From assembly GCA_050943735.1 (NCBI GenBank), contig JBMNPT010000008.1, forward strand, positions 15,531-79,530: a stretch of DNA of 64,000 bases. Direction: 5' to 3'. The stretch comes from Eubacteriales bacterium. GTDB taxonomy: Bacteria; Bacillota; Clostridia; Oscillospirales; RGIG577. The notes beneath the pieces are model-generated. The model was not told the origin of the DNA. It saw nothing but the letters and a program-made list of their open reading frames with translations, and made no database searches. Numbering within the stretch: position 1 is the first letter of the stretch; each line of letters starts with the position of its first letter. Below are positions 57,686-64,000 of this stretch, piece by piece. The position numbers and the translations under genes are program-made.

Positions 57686-58687
57686 ATGAAACGTATTGCT
57701 GCTTTGGCTATTTGCTGCTTGCTGTTGGCACACACCGGATGTGCTTCCCAGCAGCCCATGACCCAGACCATTCTGGCCTTGGATACCGTCATCCAGGTCA
57801 CTTATTATGATGCACAGGATGAGCAGGCCGTACAGGAATCTCTGCAATTGTGTCAGGAGTGGGAAGCTCTGCTGTCCAAAACCATTGAAGGAAGCGATAT
57901 TTACCGCATCAACCACGCCCAGGGCAAAGCGGTGGAAATCGATCCCATCACCTATCAGCTCATCGAACAGGCCAACTACTATTCCCAGTTGTGCGGCGGA
58001 GCTTTTGACATCACCATCGGCTCTGTCACAGCCCTGTGGGATTTCCATCAGGAAGAAAATGCGGTGCTGCCTGACCCGGACCAACTGGCCCAGGCGCTGA
58101 CGCTGGTGGACTATCAGCAAATTCACCTCTATCAGGCGGGAGAACGATACTACTGCCAAGTGCCCGCCGGCGTGCAGTTGGATTTGGGTGCCATTGCTAA
58201 GGGATACATCGCCGACCAGATGGGCGCCTACCTCCAACAGCAGGAAGTGGAAAACGCAGTGTTGGATTTAGGCGGGAATATCCAGACGGTGGGAGATAAA
58301 AATGGCGATGGGTACCGCATCGGAGTCAAATCTCCCTCGGACCCCACCCAGGTGATTGCTACACTGGATGTTTCTGGTGCCAACGTGGTCACATCCGGTG
58401 TATATGAACGATATATCGAGGTAGATGGCCAACGGTATCACCATATTCTGAACACCCACACTGGCTATCCGGTAGAAAATCATGTGGCCAGTGTAACCAT
58501 TCTCTCCTCGGATGGTGCCAGCGCTGATGCGCTCTCCACTGCCTGCTTCACACTGGGAGAGGCGGATGGCTTATCGCTGCTGGAGAGTCTGCCCTACGCA
58601 GAGGGAATTTTCATCATGGATGAAGGCCAGATCATCACCACCAGCGGCATCAGCCAATACAATTTTACCGTACTGGAAAATGAGTGA
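57686..58687 (+). CDS. apbE: FAD:protein FMN transferase lipoprotein
   Basis: Lipobox, FDITIG, DLGAIAKGY, LGGN, TSG.YER, YHHI, ADALST. Confidence 0.93.
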   Translation: MKRIAALAICCLLLAHTGCASQQPMTQTILALDTVIQVTYYDAQDEQAVQESLQLCQEWEALLSKTIEGSDIYRINHAQGKAVEIDPITYQLIEQANYYSQLCGGAFDITIGSVTALWDFHQEENAVLPDPDQLAQALTLVDYQQIHLYQAGERYYCQVPAGVQLDLGAIAKGYIADQMGAYLQQQEVENAVLDLGGNIQTVGDKNGDGYRIGVKSPSDPTQVIATLDVSGANVVTSGVYERYIEVDGQRYHHILNTHTGYPVENHVASVTILSSDGASADALSTACFTLGEADGLSLLESLPYAEGIFIMDEGQIITTSGISQYNFTVLENE

Positions 58688-58700
58688 TTTTTGCATAAAT

Positions 58701-58735
58701 AAAAAGGAGACGCACATTAGTGCGTCTCCTTTTTT
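58701..58735. terminator. bidirectional terminator
   Basis: AAAAAGGAGACGCAC-ATTA-GTGCGTCTCCTTTTT. Confidence 0.88.
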
Positions 58736-58747
58736 GTTTACTGAAAA

Positions 58748-60121
58748 TTACATCAGACCGGGCAGGGAATTCTGCACCAGAGAGAGCAGAGAAACCACGA
58801 TCAGAATGGATACACCGGAAACGAAACCGCCCAGGGTCCAGCCGCGGATGGTATCGGTAACCGAAATACGGAAGAACCGGCTGATGGCCCAGAAACCGGA
58901 GTCATTGGGCAGAGAGAGACCAATACCACCGGCACAAATGGCGATGGCACACAGGATGGGAGACACCCCGCTGGCCATAATGGTGGAATTGAGGATGGCG
59001 GCAGTGGTCATCAGAGCCACAGTGGTAGAACCCTGTGCGCAACGGATGATCTGAGAGATCAGGAAGCACAGCACCAGAATCGGGATGCTGAAATTCACCA
59101 GAGTACCAGCCACATAATCGGCAATACCGGTGGCCTGCAGCACTTTACCAAAAGCACCGCCCGCGCCGGTGATGAGCAGAATCAGACCTACCTGATCGGC
59201 GCCCTCGGTCATGATGTCACCGATGGGACGGGTGAGATAGGGCCGAGCCACCAGAGCGGCATACAGCACACCAATGAGCATAGCAGTGTTCTTGTCGCCC
59301 AGGAACTTGAGCACCGATACCACAGTACCCTCGTCGCCCAGGAACATGGGACCAAAACTGCCCAGCAGAATCAGAATGATGGGCACCAGCAGGATGGACA
59401 GGCACAGACCCACACCCATGGTCTTGCGGTCGGGCGCCTTGGCAGAAGCAATGGCTTCTTCCTCATCCAGGTCTTCAAAGGTATAGTGGTGGTTGTTCTT
59501 CTGGTCCTGCTTGTTCAGGATACCGCCGTATACAATACCGCCGAAGAACATACCAATAAAGGCACAGATCAGGGCGTAGAAGAAGAAGATACCCACATCG
59601 ATGCCCAGCTCGCCGGCCACAGCCAGAGGCGGAGCGGTGGGCAGTACCAGTGCAAAGGTACAGGTGGTGGCGGTGGAGATGGCACAGGCGTACCACACCA
59701 TGGAGATACCGGTCTTTTTGGACAGCACCCGCAGCATGGGGGCAAACATGATGTACACCACATCACCAAATACCGGAATACCAGTGATAAATCCGGAAAA
59801 TGCCACAGCCTGGGGAGAACGCTTGTCCCCCAATTTGGCCAGCATGGCAGTGGCCATGTTTTCGATACCGCCAGATTCAAACATGAATTTGCCCAGCATA
59901 ACGCCCAGGCCGGTCACAAGACCGATGCTGCCCAAGGTGCTGCCAAAGCCGCCGGAAATGGTGCTGCCGATGTCGCTCAGGGGCATACCCACCAGCAAAG
60001 CGGTCACCAAAGCGGTTACCAGCAGAGATACAAAGGCGTTGAGCTTGAACTTGATGATGCTGAGCAGTAGCAATGCGATGGAAAACAGGAATACTACGAT
60101 CAGCAATGGTCCAGTTAACAT
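58748..60121 (-). CDS. GntP-family gluconate/sugar-acid permease
   Basis: KLNAFVSL, GFG.TL, IPVF.DV, GAGGAFG, QGSTTVA, PNDSGFW. Confidence 0.92.
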   Translation of the reverse strand: MLTGPLLIVVFLFSIALLLLSIIKFKLNAFVSLLVTALVTALLVGMPLSDIGSTISGGFGSTLGSIGLVTGLGVMLGKFMFESGGIENMATAMLAKLGDKRSPQAVAFSGFITGIPVFGDVVYIMFAPMLRVLSKKTGISMVWYACAISTATTCTFALVLPTAPPLAVAGELGIDVGIFFFYALICAFIGMFFGGIVYGGILNKQDQKNNHHYTFEDLDEEEAIASAKAPDRKTMGVGLCLSILLVPIILILLGSFGPMFLGDEGTVVSVLKFLGDKNTAMLIGVLYAALVARPYLTRPIGDIMTEGADQVGLILLITGAGGAFGKVLQATGIADYVAGTLVNFSIPILVLCFLISQIIRCAQGSTTVALMTTAAILNSTIMASGVSPILCAIAICAGGIGLSLPNDSGFWAISRFFRISVTDTIRGWTLGGFVSGVSILIVVSLLSLVQNSLPGLM

Positions 60122-60203
60122 TCTTTTTCCTCCTCATTCATTGTTGCAGAGCGCGATTCGCTCCTCTTTCGTCATGGTTCCCCTCAGTGGCCTGTTTCAA
60201 TCC

Positions 60204-61226
60204 TTAATCTGCAAAAGAAATGACGATCTTGCACACCTGATCGGGATGTTCCATGGCCAGCTTCATGGCTTTGTCGATTTCAGTATAGTGGAAGACATGG
60301 CTGCGGATGAGTTCGGGCTTGATCTTCCCCTCTTCCATCCAACGGATTACATCCTTAAACTTAAAGTTGCTCAGACGGGAACCGGTGATGGTAAGTTCCT
60401 TTTTGGTGATGTTGGAAGGATCGATGGCAGCGGGCTTGTTGTTGGTGCTGAGGCAAACCATACGGCCAGCCTGGCTGGTTGCCTGCAAAGCCTGATCCAG
60501 TGTAGTGGGCTGACATACCGTATCAATGGCCACATTGACGCCCACACCATCGGTGAATTGCTTCACAGCTTCTTCCATGGGAGTGCTGCCAGTGTTCACC
60601 ACCAGATCGGCGCCCATGGAACGGGCCAGCTCCAGACGGCTGTCCAGAAGATCGGTCATCATCACCCGGGCGCCATTCATCTTGGCCACCTGCAGAATGG
60701 TCAGGCCGATGGGGCCGCAACCCATGATGAGTACTGTATCTCCCTCAGAAATCTGGCCTCTCCAGTTCACCTGTGCGCCGATGGAGAAGGGCTCTACCAG
60801 ACACAGAGTTTCAAAAGGCACGTCCATGCTGGTTTTGAAAAGGCTCTTGTAATTGGCCACCAGGTACTGAGAGAAACCGCCATCCCGGTGTACACCCATC
60901 ACTTCCAACGACTCACACACATTGTGCCGGTCATGAGTACAGGCGTAGCACTTGCCGCAGTACACCACAGGATCTACCGCCACCTTGTCGCCCACTGCAA
61001 TTCCTTCCACGCCTTCGCCGATCTCTTCCACCACAGCAGAGAACTCATGGCCGATGATGCGGGGATAGGTTGCCAGAGAATTGGTGCCCTTGTAGATACC
61101 CAGATCGCTGCCGCAAATACCGCCAGCCATCACGCGCAGCAGAACATCACCCGGTTTTTGAATGCGGGGTTTTTCCACCTCCACGATCTCCAGTTTGAAC
61201 GGTTCTGCCACTTTGATTGCCTTCAT
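60204..61226 (-). CDS. Zn-dependent sugar-acid/alcohol dehydrogenase
   Basis: GICGSD, GHE, CGKCYAC...C, GCGPIG. Confidence 0.92.
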   Translation of the reverse strand: MKAIKVAEPFKLEIVEVEKPRIQKPGDVLLRVMAGGICGSDLGIYKGTNSLATYPRIIGHEFSAVVEEIGEGVEGIAVGDKVAVDPVVYCGKCYACTHDRHNVCESLEVMGVHRDGGFSQYLVANYKSLFKTSMDVPFETLCLVEPFSIGAQVNWRGQISEGDTVLIMGCGPIGLTILQVAKMNGARVMMTDLLDSRLELARSMGADLVVNTGSTPMEEAVKQFTDGVGVNVAIDTVCQPTTLDQALQATSQAGRMVCLSTNNKPAAIDPSNITKKELTITGSRLSNFKFKDVIRWMEEGKIKPELIRSHVFHYTEIDKAMKLAMEHPDQVCKIVISFAD

Positions 61227-61541
61227 AGCTGTCTCCTCCTCTTCTATGAAACCTGTACACATGAAACACTGACCTCGTCCCTTTTGCACAAAGGAACCCA
61301 TCGTTAAGGTCATCATATCACCACCGGTATACAAAGTCAATCCGCTATCATTCATCCCGCCCAAAATTAGATGATTTACCTAAATATTTTTTGTTTTTAG
61401 TGTAATATTTGACATTTCCCTATATTTTCCTGATTTAATTCGCTAAAATACGTCAGATGTTTTTTGTGTCCTCTCTTGTGTTTTATGCGCCAATCCACTA
61501 TAATAGGAAACAGGAAGACACAATACAGAAAGGATACCATT

Positions 61542-62252
61542 ATGTCAGAAACTCTCCCCACTCACACAGCTGAGGAACATCCCTCTCTCACCCAGCGAGT
61601 CACCGATCAGATCATCCAATTGATTCTGCAAAAGGGCCTACAGGCGGGGGACAAGCTTCCCAATGAATATGAGCTGGCCCAGCTGCTGTCGGTGGGACGC
61701 AGCACTGTGCGGGAAGCCATCAAAGCGCTCACCGCCCGGCATGTGCTGGAAATCCGCAGAGGCGCAGGGACCTTTATCGCCCCCCGGCCAGGCGTGGCTG
61801 ACGACCCTCTGGGCTTGCAGTTCATTCCGGATCAGCGCAAAATGGCGGGAGATCTGCTGACGGTGCGCAGCATCATCGAGCCCACCATTGCGGGATTTGC
61901 GGCACAGCATGCCACCCCGGAACAGGTGGCTCAACTGGAAGCGCTGTGTGTGGAGATGGAGCAGTTGGGCAATGAAGCTTCCCTCCATTTGGAAAAGGAC
62001 CTGCTGTTTCACCAGAAAATCGCGGAATTCAGCGGCAACTGCGTGGTATCCAATCTGATGCCCATTATCAATGAAACCATTGTGTTGTTTTTGAATCTCA
62101 ATGTACAGGCTTCGGGACTGGGTGTGCTGCAGGATACCAACCGTTCCCATCGGGAAGTGCTGGAAGCCATCGCAGCCCACGATCCATTCGCCGCCCGGGA
62201 CGCCATGCTGGTGCACATCGCCCGCAACCGGCGCAATCTGGACCGAAGCTGA
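61542..62252 (+). CDS. GntR/FadR-family regulator
   Basis: GDKLPNE.ELA..L.VGRSTVREA, RRGAGTF, FH..IA..SGN. Confidence 0.92.
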   Translation: MSETLPTHTAEEHPSLTQRVTDQIIQLILQKGLQAGDKLPNEYELAQLLSVGRSTVREAIKALTARHVLEIRRGAGTFIAPRPGVADDPLGLQFIPDQRKMAGDLLTVRSIIEPTIAGFAAQHATPEQVAQLEALCVEMEQLGNEASLHLEKDLLFHQKIAEFSGNCVVSNLMPIINETIVLFLNLNVQASGLGVLQDTNRSHREVLEAIAAHDPFAARDAMLVHIARNRRNLDRS

Positions 62253-62316
62253 AATCCACATCGCGCGCAAAATCTTTCTTTATAGAAATATGAATGAAAC
62301 AAAGGAGGAACCCTCA

Positions 62317-64000
62317 ATGATCAGTCAGGACGTACGCAAACTGGCCCCCGAAATGGACCCCCTCAAAATCGGTATGGGCTGGACCGTAGAAGATCTCAGC
62401 AAACCTCAAATTCTGGTGGAAAGCACCTTTGGCGACAGCCATCCGGGCAGCGGCCACCTCTTTGGACTGGTGGAAGAAGCCTGCAAAGGCATCGCGGAAG
62501 CCGGAGGCCGGGGCGCCCGGTATTTTGCCACCGATATCTGCGACGGCATTGCCCAGGGCCACGACGGCATCAACTATTCCCTGGCTTCTCGGGACGCCAT
62601 CTGCAACATGATTGAAATTCACAACAACGCCTCGCCCTTTGACGCGGCGGTGTTCCTGTGCAGCTGTGACAAGGCGGTTCCCGCCCATCTGATGGGCATT
62701 GGCCGTATCAACACCCCTTCCATCGTGGTCACCGGCGGCGTAATGGAAGCCGGTCCCGATCTGCTGACTCTGGAACAGATCGGCATGTACAGCGCCATGT
62801 ACGAACGGGGTGAGATCAGCGAGGAACAGCTCACCTATTACAAGCATCACGCATGTCCTTCCTGCGGGGCCTGTTCTTTCATGGGCACCGCCTCCACCAT
62901 GCAGATCATGGCGGAAGCCCTGGGCCTGATGCTGCCCGGCAGCGCACTGATGCCCGCTACCTGTCAGGATCTGCGGGACTTTGCCAAGGCTGCGGGCCGG
63001 CAGGCTGTGGAGCTGGCGGTCAAGGGAGTCAAGCCCCGGGATATGGTGACCCTGCAGTCCTTTGAAAATGCCATCATGGTGCACGCCGCCATCTCCGGCT
63101 CCACCAATTCCCTGCTGCACATCCCGGCCATTGCCCACGAATTCGGCATCGACCTGGACAGTGATTACTTTGACCGGATGCACCGGGGTGCCCACTACCT
63201 GCTGGATATCCGTCCCGCCGGCAAGTGGCCCGCCGAATACTTCTACTATGCCGGCGGCGTTCCCCGCATCATGGAAGAGATCAAATCCATGCTGCACCTG
63301 GATCAGATGACCGTCACCGGCAAGACCCTGGGCGAAAATCTGGAGGATCTGAAGAAGAGCGGCTATTACGAAAAGTGCGACGAGCACCTGAAAAAGACCG
63401 GTCTGCAGTGGCAGGATGTCATCCGTCCCTTCGACCACGCCATCGGTACCAACGGCACCATTGCCATTCTCAAGGGCAACCTGGCTCCAGAAGGCGCAGT
63501 GATCAAGCACAGCGCTTGCCCCAAGGAAATGTTCAAGGCCACCCTCAAGGCCCGTCCCTTCGACTCGGAGGAAGAGGCCATCGCGGCGGTGCTGCGCAAG
63601 GAAATCCACCCCGGTGAAGCGGTGTTCATCCGATACGAAGGCCCCAAGGGCAGCGGTATGCCTGAGATGTTCTACACCGGCGAAGCCATTTCCTCCGACC
63701 CCGAACTGAGCCGTACCATCGCCCTCATCACCGACGGACGGTTCTCCGGCGCCTCCAAGGGCCCGGTGATCGGACACGTTTCTCCTGAGGCGGCGGAAGG
63801 CGGCCCCATCGCCCTGGTGGAGTACGACGACCTGATCGAGCTGGATGTGGAACAGCGGATTCTGCGCATTGTGGGCGTCAAGGGCGAGCACAAGACCCCC
63901 GAGGAAATGGAGGCCATTCTGGCCCAGCGCAAGGCGGCCTGGAAGCCTCACGACAACAAGTACAAGAGCGGCGTGCTGAAAATTTTCGCGGAGCACGCAG
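62317..64000 (+). CDS. IlvD/Edd-family dehydratase (probably a sugar-acid dehydratase), truncated at window end
   Basis: Not in the ORF track (no stop in window). MISQDVRK... reads open with DICDGI, SCDK..PA, CGACSFMGTASTM, SGSTN, GNLAPEG, EGPKG.GMPEM, TDGRFSG. Confidence 0.92.
   Translation, partial: MISQDVRKLAPEMDPLKIGMGWTVEDLSKPQILVESTFGDSHPGSGHLFGLVEEACKGIAEAGGRGARYFATDICDGIAQGHDGINYSLASRDAICNMIEIHNNASPFDAAVFLCSCDKAVPAHLMGIGRINTPSIVVTGGVMEAGPDLLTLEQIGMYSAMYERGEISEEQLTYYKHHACPSCGACSFMGTASTMQIMAEALGLMLPGSALMPATCQDLRDFAKAAGRQAVELAVKGVKPRDMVTLQSFENAIMVHAAISGSTNSLLHIPAIAHEFGIDLDSDYFDRMHRGAHYLLDIRPAGKWPAEYFYYAGGVPRIMEEIKSMLHLDQMTVTGKTLGENLEDLKKSGYYEKCDEHLKKTGLQWQDVIRPFDHAIGTNGTIAILKGNLAPEGAVIKHSACPKEMFKATLKARPFDSEEEAIAAVLRKEIHPGEAVFIRYEGPKGSGMPEMFYTGEAISSDPELSRTIALITDGRFSGASKGPVIGHVSPEAAEGGPIALVEYDDLIELDVEQRILRIVGVKGEHKTPEEMEAILAQRKAAWKPHDNKYKSGVLKIFAEHA

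Overview
Chromosomal window from a GC-rich, spore-forming Clostridia-type Firmicute (T-box, Rex, SleB/YpeB, lipoprotein TRAP receptor). Most genes are on the minus strand, and no intact mobile element, rRNA or CRISPR is visible. Order: 3' part of tRNA-Pro(GGG); T-box(Trp)-controlled trpB2; a molybdenum-cofactor/selenium-cofactor block (LysR, mogA, MOSC, moaA, moaC, MoeA-like, cysteine desulfurase; yedE, tusA-like, DUF3343, Cys-type selD; yqeB, xdhC, yqeC); a sugar-acid catabolic locus (pdxA2, DUF1537 kinase, YdjG-like reductase, SDR, LacI, TRAP, UroD/MtaA-fold protein, LacI, transaldolase, FadR); DUF2325 and a DtxR-like regulator; rhodanese plus CoA-disulfide reductase; ypeB, gdhA, MATE, sleB, thrS; sugar kinase/IclR; rex, tsaD, rimI, polA; kdgK; PadR; acyltransferase; MarR-MFP-RND-TolC-like; ECF sigma/anti-sigma, dusB, apbE; GntP, Zn dehydrogenase, FadR and a truncated IlvD/Edd dehydratase. 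The most interesting signals are non-coding: (1) a T-box-less thrS leader whose SD-adjacent hairpin carries a tRNA-Thr-like CGU anticodon loop; (2) sigmaG-like promoters of sleB and ypeB whose spacers base-pair with their own ribosome-binding sites; (3) a DnaA-box cluster just downstream of tsaD; (4) a four-way-junction leader before polA. In addition, Se-Mo hydroxylase maturation genes are attached to a tetronate-type catabolic operon. All calls are by eye from sequence motifs; no database search or folding computation was run.
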